Below, piece by piece: positions 9,236 through 17,624 of a DNA stretch of 64,000 nt. How positions within the stretch are numbered: the first letter of the stretch is position 1; the number at the start of each line of letters is the position of its first letter. The notes under the pieces were generated by a model. It saw only the letters and a program-made list of their open reading frames with translations. It searched no databases and had not been told where the DNA came from. Origin of the DNA: a virus; the IMG/VR virus record IMGVR_UViG_3300009777_000113, positions 519 through 64,518 of that record. One strand, given 5' to 3'. The position numbers and the translations under genes were made by a program.

Positions 9236-10281
9236 GCAGGATAAAGATGTCTGCCCTCGATAGGAGCAAACCCTCTTCCGTCATCGGACGTGGTTCCTAA
9301 GATGAAATCGTCCTCATAACGATTCGTTTCAATATTGAATGCACACTTGGCGATATAGCGAGACACCGATCCATCGACTCTGAATTTCGCAACACGAATG
9401 AAGGTTGAGAACTTCTTTGGATCCACTGGCGCATCTCGGTCAGGGGAGAGCAGAATTGCTTTCGTGGCAATCTTTGTGATGTTCGATGTTCCGTGAAAGT
9501 CATCGATCTCAGGTGCCACGGTTCGAAACTTTTTATCTGCCTTCTTGATGTGAGCCACAAGAATGATTGGAAGATTTGAAAGGAGAGCCAAGTCACGAAT
9601 GCGTTTTACAATGTCCGTGACGGCTTTGTTTTCATTTGGCTCATCGGTGTCGAAATAGTTTAAGTGATCGACAATGACGAGGTCTGTTTCGTCTTTGAAA
9701 AGCATAAGGTGCCTTTGCAGGTCCTCGATCTTGAATTCTGTTTTTCGATAAATGGTTCTGAAAGTTTTAAAGCTCTTTTGAAAACGCTCATCGGCTTGTG
9801 CCTCGTAGGGAGCAAATGCTTCTCCAAGTTTATTGTGATACCAGTTGCGATAGTTGACGGAGCGGATGATGACCTTGTCGGGACGCTGGTCATGGAAGTA
9901 GGCTTGTGCAGCCAGTTTAAATTTAATGCGGCTTTCGATTTCACATTCTTCAGCCTCTAACGGAAAAAACAGAATGCGCTTTCCCTTCCATGCATTGAAG
10001 GCCCCAATGTGAGTTACGAGTTCTGTTTTGCCAGTACCTGTCGGTGCGCCAAGTATGATGAGATCGTTTCTGGCAATGCCTTCAAGAGCGCAATTTAAAA
10101 ACTTCACGCCAAAGTCGAGGAGATTATCGGCTCTGGTTTTACGAAGTTCCTTTTCCCTTTTTGATCGCTCTTCGACGGTGGGGATTTTCACCATCAGGCG
10201 CTCGTTTGCATCTATTTCCATAATTCTGGGAATTCCTCTTTCATGATTGAAACGACTTCGTTGTTTTGACGGCCATACCAT
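9208..10281 (-). CDS. DnaB-like (SF4) replicative helicase, C-terminal domain only
   Basis: Walker A GAPTGTGKT, VIVDHL, LVAHIKK, DFHGTSNITKIA, VAKFR. Confidence 0.85.
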   Translation of the reverse strand: MVWPSKQRSRFNHERGIPRIMEIDANERLMVKIPTVEERSKREKELRKTRADNLLDFGVKFLNCALEGIARNDLIILGAPTGTGKTELVTHIGAFNAWKGKRILFFPLEAEECEIESRIKFKLAAQAYFHDQRPDKVIIRSVNYRNWYHNKLGEAFAPYEAQADERFQKSFKTFRTIYRKTEFKIEDLQRHLMLFKDETDLVIVDHLNYFDTDEPNENKAVTDIVKRIRDLALLSNLPIILVAHIKKADKKFRTVAPEIDDFHGTSNITKIATKAILLSPDRDAPVDPKKFSTFIRVAKFRVDGSVSRYIAKCAFNIETNRYEDDFILGTTSDDGRGFAPIEGRHLYPAWALSGGST

Positions 10282-11135
10282 TTAAGCCAGGAGAAAATGG
10301 TTGGCCCCCCGCCATTAGGTGAACCGATGCGTTTGTTGGTATCGATCCAGCAGCTGGTGCCTTTGTTGTTAACGAAAATATTTAGATTGCCGCTGGAGAC
10401 TCTTTTGAATGAGTAGCTCTCACCGAACACATGACTCCCGCCAGAGAGTCGCTTGAGTGCTTCTTCAGAGTCGAGGTTGAAAACTTTCTCCCAGAGATTG
10501 TCGCCATGAACTTTGAAAACGGTTCGGAGTTCTTGTTTTGCAACGGCCTCTTTCTCTTTCGCCTTTGAAAGTTTAAAGGCATAAAACATATCGTCTTCGG
10601 AATATCTGCCTGGATTCCAATAAAGAACTTTCACGAGAAACGGATCCTTCGGGTTTTTCACATGAAAGAACCCAGGCACTCGAAGAAGGCGCGATACGTC
10701 TTTAGCTCTTGGATCGCCATCAAAAAAGGGAATGAGCCGATCAAGCACTATGGCTTCATAGGTGTCTTGTGTGGCGTTCTTTGCGTTCCAGTAAATGTGA
10801 AACCCATTTTTAGATTCGATGACGAGGTTTGGATAGAGCGGAACTTTTTTGAGAAGCTCCAATTGTTTTTCTTTTGAACCCTTGTCGATGTCGATAGCCC
10901 ATGCGGTGATCTGATGGAGGTTTTCTTTTTTCCTAGAGCCTTTGAAAAGCTGAACGGTGTGAAAGATCCCCCAGCCTGAATTGTTCCAACTCTCTGCCTC
11001 GTCTTCGACAATGGGAATGGCACCGGACTTTTGTTCTGAGTCGTGCATTCGGTACATGCTTCTGTGAAATCCAAACTTCTCCTCAATCACAGAATAGAGT
11101 CTTCTTTCGGGCTGCATGTGTTCTCCTTTCCGCAC
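10212..11135 (-). CDS. RepB-type (AEP-like) DNA primase
   Basis: WAIDID, PNLVIESKNGFHIYW, DPRAKDVSRLLRVPGFFHVK. Confidence 0.75.
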   Translation of the reverse strand: MRKGEHMQPERRLYSVIEEKFGFHRSMYRMHDSEQKSGAIPIVEDEAESWNNSGWGIFHTVQLFKGSRKKENLHQITAWAIDIDKGSKEKQLELLKKVPLYPNLVIESKNGFHIYWNAKNATQDTYEAIVLDRLIPFFDGDPRAKDVSRLLRVPGFFHVKNPKDPFLVKVLYWNPGRYSEDDMFYAFKLSKAKEKEAVAKQELRTVFKVHGDNLWEKVFNLDSEEALKRLSGGSHVFGESYSFKRVSSGNLNIFVNNKGTSCWIDTNKRIGSPNGGGPTIFSWLKWYGRQNNEVVSIMKEEFPELWK

Positions 11136-11989
11136 ACGATAATTTCTTTGTCTGCTGCGTGGCCATTGGGCTTAATCCAATCAACCCAGTAGGTTTTGCT
11201 CATGAAGTGTCCCCACGTCTTGATGAAGCTATTTTCAAAATCGAAGCGTTTTCGTTTTTCTGATTTGATGTGCTCGTCGTAATGGATGACGGCTGATTTA
11301 AGTTTGTCGTACTGCTCTTGCGTTCGGATCTGGGCTTTGCACTTCTGCATGCCAAGGGACTTCTTCATGTCCTTACCGCGTTTAGGAAAAAGTTTGTAAA
11401 GGGCTTCGAAGTCGAAGTGGACGCCATTGGATGGCGGATCCACCTGGGTGGGTGTGGGAGGCGTATGCCCGTTAGATCCGCCCGAATCCGCCTCGGCGGT
11501 ATTGGTCTTTTTATTTGGTATTATTATATTGGTATTATTGGAGGCTGATAATCGTACTAGGTCTGGTTCGATTATCGTACTAGAAGTAGGCTGTTTATCG
11601 TCCTGGTTCGAATTCTGACCTAGTTCGAATTCCGTACTAGGGGTAGTTCGATAATCATCCTGGATCGAATTCCGTACTAGTGCGATTATCGTACTAGGCA
11701 GAGTCCATCGATCCGGCGGGTTAATGTGATATTCGTTCGCCACCCCACCCGTGTGCCCCTTCCTAGTCACTTGAATGATGTTGCTCTGACAAAGCTCTCG
11801 AATTGCCAACCCGACCGTTGATCTTGATAAGCCCGTTTCTTGTCCAATTCTTGAATAACTTGGATGAGAAGGCGAGTAGGACGCAATCACACCATAAACA
11901 CGATAGGCACTGCAGGAGACAGAACTCCCCGCACGAGCTAGTTTATTAGGTGTCATGTGCCATCCTTTGTCGGCCTTCTTGGTCGCCAT
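11087..11989 (-). CDS. Phage replication initiator (N-terminal wHTH; lambda-O-like layout)
   Basis: AYRVYGVIASY..SHPSYSRIGQETGLSRSTVGLAIREL; low-complexity middle encoded by iterons; C-terminal FEALYKLFPK...K..A motif. Confidence 0.78.
   Translation of the reverse strand: MATKKADKGWHMTPNKLARAGSSVSCSAYRVYGVIASYSPSHPSYSRIGQETGLSRSTVGLAIRELCQSNIIQVTRKGHTGGVANEYHINPPDRWTLPSTIIALVRNSIQDDYRTTPSTEFELGQNSNQDDKQPTSSTIIEPDLVRLSASNNTNIIIPNKKTNTAEADSGGSNGHTPPTPTQVDPPSNGVHFDFEALYKLFPKRGKDMKKSLGMQKCKAQIRTQEQYDKLKSAVIHYDEHIKSEKRKRFDFENSFIKTWGHFMSKTYWVDWIKPNGHAADKEIIVCGKENTCSPKEDSIL
11548..11697. repeat. Iteron array (putative replication origin) inside the initiator gene
   Basis: CGTACTAG at 11553, 11576, 11633, 11673 and 11690, plus degenerate units (CGTCCTGG, TGACCTAG, CATCCTGG), mostly preceded by TCGAWT; AT-rich tract at ~11509-11540. 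Confidence 0.8.
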
Positions 11990-11992
11990 CGA

Positions 11993-12385
11993 TCACCCGT
12001 ATCTGCGCTTCAGATTGTTGTAGAACCGCATAAGTGAAGTGTGTTGGCGCTCCGACAAGGATCCGCGCTCCGTCCACGAATCGTAGAGGGACTCGACGAA
12101 ACTCAAAGCCTCAGTGTCTTCGAGCATCCCCAAGACGTAGTCGAAAATATCCTCGTACTCGGAATGACTGAACTGATCGCCGTTGCCTTTATGTCGGTGG
12201 ATAACTTTAGGATTCGAATAACTGTTCTGAATTACTTCGGACCAGCTGGTCTCCATTCTTTTTTGAACGGGACTCATCATGCAGAGGCTGCTGATGGTTT
12301 CGCGGTCGTCTTCTATTGTGGTGATCGATTGCGGTGCTGGTTTATCCAACTCCCCCTCTGTTAGTTTCATTGTTTTGGCATTCAT
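11993..12385 (-). CDS. Hypothetical phage protein
   Basis: Operon packing; C-terminal FVESLYDSW.ERGSLSERQ motif. Confidence 0.6.
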   Translation of the reverse strand: MNAKTMKLTEGELDKPAPQSITTIEDDRETISSLCMMSPVQKRMETSWSEVIQNSYSNPKVIHRHKGNGDQFSHSEYEDIFDYVLGMLEDTEALSFVESLYDSWTERGSLSERQHTSLMRFYNNLKRRYG

Positions 12386-13266
12386 TGACTCTCCTGTTGT
12401 GTTTGGCTTTGTTGCTCATGTGGAAATTTAAAAATATGTTTTCCATCCTTCGTCCTTGTTACTCGCACTCCCATGCAGTTCACTTTTGAATGAGGCATCA
12501 TCCCGATAATGCATTCTCGAATCTGTTTTTCATGGACCTTGTCGCCACGGTGATGGGCGTCCATAAGATGCGAAAATGCTTCAACACTAAAAGCGTCGGT
12601 CAATTCCAGCGTGTCGAGTTCAGTCAGTGGCGGCGGAGTTTTTGAAACCAAGAGCTGGCGAAATGCAAAAACCTTCTCCATGACTCTATTCACATAATCA
12701 CGGTCGAAGGTGATCTCCATTGTCTGCACACCATCTTCTTGGTCGTTGTAGACAGTGAAATCGCATTCTAAAAATCCACTAACAAATGACTGCTGACAAA
12801 GCTGCGGGATATGACGTTTAAGTAAGAACGCCGCAGGTATTTTGTGGGCTGCCGTAACGTGAATGGATTTTGGCGAGTTTCTAACCGCCATAAAACTATC
12901 CACGCCGACGTATTTGTTCTCCCAGAATCGTTCGATATCTAAATTAAGGCCATCAAACGAAGCTCTGATGAAACGGTGTTTTGAATGTTCACCGCATACG
13001 CCGCGCTTATACTCACGGTCGGTTTCTAATCCACTCATGGCATGCCCGCGAGCTTCAAAAACTCTGGACTTCTCCACGAGAAAATCGCTTATATGCCTTT
13101 TGCCGGATAGGACTTTGCCATAGACCTTTTCTTCAAAAAGCATTCTTGGCGAAGTGTATTTATCTACCCCACAAATTGCCGGAGCATCTGAAGCTCCCAG
13201 ACTTAAAGAGTCAGACCGCCACCTCTCCCATTCGGGAGAATTCTGTTTTACATTGATGATTTCCAT
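12382..13266 (-). CDS. YqaJ/lambda-exonuclease-family recombinase nuclease
   Basis: QNSPEW..WR..SLGASDAPAICGV.KY, FIRASFDGL, ENK.V, QLCQQ. Confidence 0.85.
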   Translation of the reverse strand: MEIINVKQNSPEWERWRSDSLSLGASDAPAICGVDKYTSPRMLFEEKVYGKVLSGKRHISDFLVEKSRVFEARGHAMSGLETDREYKRGVCGEHSKHRFIRASFDGLNLDIERFWENKYVGVDSFMAVRNSPKSIHVTAAHKIPAAFLLKRHIPQLCQQSFVSGFLECDFTVYNDQEDGVQTMEITFDRDYVNRVMEKVFAFRQLLVSKTPPPLTELDTLELTDAFSVEAFSHLMDAHHRGDKVHEKQIRECIIGMMPHSKVNCMGVRVTRTKDGKHIFKFPHEQQSQTQQESQ

Positions 13267-13283
13267 TCAACCCCGCTTATCGC

Positions 13284-13778
13284 TTATAAAAGCGGGTCCT
13301 GATCGTTCGGATCAGAAGTGTTCATTTCCTTACGCGCTTGCACCATCGAGCCACGCAAATCCCCCAGCTGACTTTTTAATGTTTGCGCTTCACCAGTTGA
13401 CGGTTTAGCGACACCCACTGCGTCGGGATCGTTGACCCAGCCGATTTTATTCTTCACTTTGCCGTTGTAGGACTCTTGAATGACTTCGATATCATAGAGA
13501 CCCTTTTCGTCGAGCTTGCCTGAGCCATAGTGATGATCGATCAAAACTGCCGGATCGTTGCCCTGAAGTTTTAGAATTGCTAAGAGCTGAAGCGCATATT
13601 TCTTACCGTTTTCAGTAAAGTATTTGTAGCAGGTGAGCTTTCGCTTCCCCAAGCCAGGCACATCAAACTCAAACATCACTTGGAGTTCGAGCGAGGTTTG
13701 CCCCTCACGCCTCACAATTCCGTAGTCCACAACTTTCCCCATGTATTTTCCAACGGGGATTAGATTTTTTTCGTTCAT
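13284..13778 (-). CDS. Putative phage ssDNA-binding protein (DUF669-like)
   Basis: IP.GKY.GKVVD...IEV..E.YNGKVKNKI OB-fold pattern, acidic tail, position between the ATPase and the exonuclease. Confidence 0.65.
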   Translation of the reverse strand: MNEKNLIPVGKYMGKVVDYGIVRREGQTSLELQVMFEFDVPGLGKRKLTCYKYFTENGKKYALQLLAILKLQGNDPAVLIDHHYGSGKLDEKGLYDIEVIQESYNGKVKNKIGWVNDPDAVGVAKPSTGEAQTLKSQLGDLRGSMVQARKEMNTSDPNDQDPLL

Positions 13779-13780
13779 AT

Positions 13781-14746
13781 CTATTCCTTCCTTTCTTCAA
13801 CAATGACGATCAGTTTTTCTTTAAGAGCGGAGAGCTTCTCGACATCGTCTCCGGCTTCTTCCAAACGCTTCTGTGCGGTTTGTTTTGTTTGTTCTTTTTT
13901 GATTCGCGTGAGGAGTCCGCCGATGGCCTGCTGCAAAGCCTCTGGACTTTCAGGTTCACCTTTGTCGACGGCCTCTTTGAAAGCGTCCCAAGCTAGGGGA
14001 AGGTGATAAGGTAATCCTAAGCGATTGCCCGCATCCCACTGAGGACTGTACTCGGTGTAAAGGATCCGCTTTCCCTTTCCCTCGATATGGGCCGAAGTGA
14101 CTTTGCCATTCTTGTCGCGCTCGATGAGCACTTCGCGTGTTGCAAAGAGAATCGCATCGGCGTGATAGCGAATAATGGATGCAACCTTCGGATGAAGTTG
14201 GAGCTTGTACTGTTTGTAAGCTCCACCCGCCACAATATCCTCTTCGGTCTTGATCTCACTATGGCCAACGAGAATGACTTCCATGTTTCGGGAGGAGCGA
14301 ATGTCTTTTAGCTGATCAAAGAGATCATCCCAAATATCCTGTGCGTAGGAGTGACCCTTTCCCCAGCCATAGTCCTCGATGTGGTTTACGGCGCGGCCTT
14401 TTTCATCCGTCGGGCGCTGAGCCAGGATGTCGTGCTCCACATAGGTGGCAAGCTTTTCAAGTCCATCGATCACAAAGGATTTGTAATCGTGTTTTCCGTT
14501 TCGAATGAACTTGAGGTGACTTAAAAGATCCGCGAACTTTTCTATGAACGGGAGCCTTGCTACATTGAGGTGTTTTGTTCCGCGCTCAATGTCGGCAAAG
14601 ATCGGGTGAGGAGCTTTTGCCGAGAAGCTCGACTTTCCTATTTTGGGTGTGCCGTGAAGCACGATGATACTCGGCTCCTTGATCACACCCCTTGAAATTT
14701 TAACCTCCGGCACGGGGCCGGGGGTCGTGGTCGTTGTCTCCATCAT
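13781..14746 (-). CDS. AAA_24 / Sak4-like ATPase (single-strand annealing recombinase)
   Basis: HGTPKIGKSSF, DIERGT, FVIDGLEKL, YGWGKG, ILVGH, AGNR. Confidence 0.85.
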   Translation of the reverse strand: MMETTTTTPGPVPEVKISRGVIKEPSIIVLHGTPKIGKSSFSAKAPHPIFADIERGTKHLNVARLPFIEKFADLLSHLKFIRNGKHDYKSFVIDGLEKLATYVEHDILAQRPTDEKGRAVNHIEDYGWGKGHSYAQDIWDDLFDQLKDIRSSRNMEVILVGHSEIKTEEDIVAGGAYKQYKLQLHPKVASIIRYHADAILFATREVLIERDKNGKVTSAHIEGKGKRILYTEYSPQWDAGNRLGLPYHLPLAWDAFKEAVDKGEPESPEALQQAIGGLLTRIKKEQTKQTAQKRLEEAGDDVEKLSALKEKLIVIVEERKE

Positions 14747-15663
14747 TTCTTTAACCCTCCTTTAAGAGCATTTTTAATCCAGCGTTGGATATCTTGTTTG
14801 GATCCGATGGCGGTGGGCTTTCGCGTGTAACCGAGAAGGCCCGGCATGATGAGAAGGTCGCGGTATTTAAGCCGCATGACGAGGTTCGGATCTTTTTTGA
14901 ATTTCGGAATTAAGCTCTCAAGTTTTTTCCGTCGGACTTCGCGTTCAGCATACTTTTCTGCGTGAGCGGTCATGGGCCGGTTGATGGGTTTCTTTGACAG
15001 AAAATGATTCCCCTTCTGCGCGGCCTTCTTTGGACCGCTGAGTGGTTCTTCATCTTCCTCGTCGAAATCATCTTCTTCGGAATCGTCTTCTTCAAAGTCG
15101 GAGTCTTCTTCCTCTGACGAATCATCCTCCTCGGACACCTCATCTTCCAATTCATGGTCTTCGGATTCCTCGGCATCTTCGTCTGCATCGTCTTCCTCGA
15201 TTTCGTCTACGTCGTTAGCCTCATCCTCTTCTTCGGTTTGATCTGGGTCGTCGCCCTCTTCTGCCAACAGGTCATCAGCGGAATCTTCTTCAGATTCGTC
15301 TTCGTCAAATTCATCGAGATTTGCGACGGGCTTTGTCTTTTTAGGAGCTGAATATTCAGGATCAAGATCGGAGAGGTCGTTTGCTTCCATTTCGGGTTCG
15401 ACAAAATCAAGGCTCTTGCCGCAGACCGGGCAATCTTTGAGCCCTAAGTGAACATTGCTCCCGCAGTTCGGGCATCCTCCCCACTGCTCGGACTCGTTTC
15501 CCATTCGTTGAATAACTTCTGTGACTCGCCCTCGATACTCTGCAAGTGGCACTGACCTTTTTGAAACTTCGAGTAGGAAATCAAGAAGACTAAACTTGTC
15601 TCCACCCGGAATTGGTACTTTGTGTTTCTTGCAAAAATCTCCGAGCCCTTTAACTGCGTTCAT
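14743..15663 (-). CDS. Zn-ribbon protein with long acidic tract
   Basis: CPNCG...CPVCG, then a ~100-aa D/E-rich region and a basic C-terminus; SD AAGGAGG. Confidence 0.75.
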   Translation of the reverse strand: MNAVKGLGDFCKKHKVPIPGGDKFSLLDFLLEVSKRSVPLAEYRGRVTEVIQRMGNESEQWGGCPNCGSNVHLGLKDCPVCGKSLDFVEPEMEANDLSDLDPEYSAPKKTKPVANLDEFDEDESEEDSADDLLAEEGDDPDQTEEEDEANDVDEIEEDDADEDAEESEDHELEDEVSEEDDSSEEEDSDFEEDDSEEDDFDEEDEEPLSGPKKAAQKGNHFLSKKPINRPMTAHAEKYAEREVRRKKLESLIPKFKKDPNLVMRLKYRDLLIMPGLLGYTRKPTAIGSKQDIQRWIKNALKGGLKK

Positions 15664-15676
15664 TGCGATACCTCCT

Positions 15677-15892
15677 TCAAATTGGTGTTAATAAAAAAAT
15701 TCCCAGAGCCAAACGATCCGAAGAGTTGGGCATTGGCACCCCACAATCCTGTATGGAGTACTCTTCCAAATCGCTGGCTCTGGGCGGGGATGGGGGATTG
15801 CTTTGTGGGTTAATTAAAGTCTTAATGTTTGTCTTAGTTTTAGTGTTAATTCCAAGACTAAGATTGTTGTTAACAACAAACGGTTTCTTCAT
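15677..15892 (-). CDS. Possible leader ORF (71 aa) spanning the stem-loop
   Basis: SD GAGGGG before ATG 15892; the stop TGA abuts the SD of the next gene; the product is low-complexity, so the call is uncertain. Confidence 0.3.
   Translation of the reverse strand: MKKPFVVNNNLSLGINTKTKTNIKTLINPQSNPPSPPRASDLEEYSIQDCGVPMPNSSDRLALGIFLLTPI
15691..15784 (-). terminator. Long stem-loop followed by U-tract (terminator/attenuator-like leader RNA)
   Basis: Minus strand CCCAGAGCCAGCGATTTGGAAGAGT...ACTCTTCGGATCGTTTGGCTCTGGG-AATTTTTTTATT; ~24-bp bulged stem. Confidence 0.65.
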
Positions 15893-16078
15893 TTCCCCTC
15901 TCACAATCTCCACCCCTTCAAGCCGAGCTTTGTAAATGACATCGAAAATTTATGTCAAATTACTAATTGCATTTTCTTCAAAAAAAGTGAGTTGAAGCTC
16001 CATTTCATGATGGATCTCCAATGCAAATCTCCATTGGTTTAGGTGAGCAATGGTCTTTTACAATGTTGTTTTCCATTG

Positions 16079-16285
16079 CTAAGACCCGCCACTTTTTCCG
16101 TTTAAGAGATCAAGAAGGGTTAAATCCCCATTCACTAAGATCCATGTTCCCTTCGGACTTAGCGTTTGGTTAACCGCTTGTAGGAGGTGATGAAGTTTGA
16201 GGTCCTCATTTAGCGAGAGCCACCGTTCGGGCAGCGCCTCTCGAATCAATGCGAATATTTTCTCGACTTCTTCTCTCTCGCTCAT
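16079..16285 (-). CDS. Hypothetical protein
   Basis: Preceded by SD AAGGA and the palindromic site at 16306. Confidence 0.6.
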   Translation of the reverse strand: MSEREEVEKIFALIREALPERWLSLNEDLKLHHLLQAVNQTLSPKGTWILVNGDLTLLDLLNGKSGGS

Positions 16286-16305
16286 CTCACTTATTCCTTA
16301 TCAAC

Positions 16306-16322
16306 GTGATACATTGTATCAC
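16306..16322 (-). promoter_or_regulatory. Palindromic operator/extended -10 site, copy 1
   Basis: GTGATACATTGTATCAC, 20 nt upstream of ATG 16285. Confidence 0.85.
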
Positions 16323-16508
16323 CTATAAACAAAAAAGTGAAAAGGGTAAAATTGAAAAAGTGAAATTTGAAATGTCGCGCAAGATCCCTACAGAGAAGCG
16401 CACGGCCTGCGAATTTCGCCTCATCTATATATAGAGAAGCGAAATCTTAGCGGGATTCTTAGTCTTAGTGTTTGATTTAAACCTAAAACAAAGATTTTGA
16501 CAGTCTTA

Positions 16509-16525
16509 GTGTTACATTGTATCAC
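16509..16525 (+). promoter_or_regulatory. Palindromic operator, copy 2 (upstream of the tandem-RHH gene)
   Basis: GTGTTACATTGTATCAC; TTGACA at 16497-16502 lies 17 nt before TATCAC; flanked by GTCTTAG/CTAAGAC. Confidence 0.8.
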
Positions 16526-16548
16526 TGTTCTAAGACCTGTATGGAGGA

Positions 16549-17016
16549 TTGAAAATGGCGAAACCAAAAAATGAAGATTGGGAATTGGGTGAGCAGTGGG
16601 AAAGTTTTCGAGTTAAGGAGAGCGATGATCTGATGGCTCTTCTTAGTGATGTTGAGGGAAATCGTGGAGAGTTCATTAGAAACGCTCTCCTCAAATTCTA
16701 TGAAGGAAAGTTGCTCATTGATTGCCCAACTTGTGAGGGCGATGGGCAGATTTACAGTGGCAGCGGTAAAGGTCAGGCCCCCTCTTCAAAAAAGAAAGGG
16801 AAGGACGGCAAGAGTAAAGTGTTCACTTTTAGGTCCGACAGCGGACTCCAAAAGGATCTTGCGAAAGCAAAAGACAAAGGCGAAACCATTAAGATGTCCC
16901 TTGCTGTAGCCCTATCCAAAGAGCACGTCTTAGAGTGCCCCACATGCAGAGGTGTTGGCCGTGTGATTGGCGGGCCAAAAATTAGAAAGGCGGTACTCGC
17001 AAGGTTTTCGGTCTAA
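16549..17016 (+). CDS. Putative transcription factor with tandem [RHH-CxxCxGxG]x2
   Basis: ESFRV..DL..LL....NRGEFIRNAL then CPTCEGDG; VFTFRSD..L.......GETIK..L then CPTCRGVG; SD GGAGG (start probably ATG 16555). Confidence 0.65.
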   Translation: MKMAKPKNEDWELGEQWESFRVKESDDLMALLSDVEGNRGEFIRNALLKFYEGKLLIDCPTCEGDGQIYSGSGKGQAPSSKKKGKDGKSKVFTFRSDSGLQKDLAKAKDKGETIKMSLAVALSKEHVLECPTCRGVGRVIGGPKIRKAVLARFSV

Positions 17017-17020
17017 AACC

Positions 17021-17248
17021 TTAATAATTCTTACGAGCGTGACTTGGGCAAGAACATACAGGCTTCGGTGGGAGTGGGATCTCCTTCATCGGATGGTCCT
17101 TTCCTTTACGACAGAAAGGACAGCGATACATCGAGCTTGTACCTTCAGCTTCATTCTTAACCCAAATTAACCCCTCATTTTCGCAGTATTTGCAGACAGT
17201 TTTTTGTTTAGCTTTCATTTTCATCATCTCAGTGTATGAGGCAAACAT
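17021..17248 (-). CDS. Small Cys-rich Zn-finger protein
   Basis: CKYC...CPFC...CSC; convergent with the tandem-RHH gene. Confidence 0.55.
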   Translation of the reverse strand: MFASYTEMMKMKAKQKTVCKYCENEGLIWVKNEAEGTSSMYRCPFCRKGKDHPMKEIPLPPKPVCSCPSHARKNY

Positions 17249-17624
17249 ACCTGTAAAAGTTGTGTCACCACCTTTTGCCGTCGTTTTTTAATAACAAATT
17301 AAGACGGGGCGCGTAGGCCAAGGCTCTGGTGGGTTGCCTAAAAACCTGTATTTTACCGAAATGGCAACTAAATGGCTTGGGATTAGATGCTGCGACAAAG
17401 GAAACTTGCAACGCAAGCACCACTCTTCAGTAGCTAAACAGGAATTTGTTGACTATTTAATTAAATAACTTTTGTTTAGCCTATTAAATCCAGTTACTTC
17501 ATTGAATCTAGGCTTAATGCGGATGGTTAAAGCGAAAGCAGTATCTGAATAGCTATTATATGTTTTGCCGTAAGGCAAGGCTTTAAAAGGATTTTATTAA
17601 CTTATCGCAAAGAAAGGAAATGGC

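Noticed and set aside
11560-11660. GGTTCGA-containing segments as tRNA T-arms
   Set aside because: No cloverleaf; they are iteron units inside a coding region. No tRNA or rRNA was found in the window.
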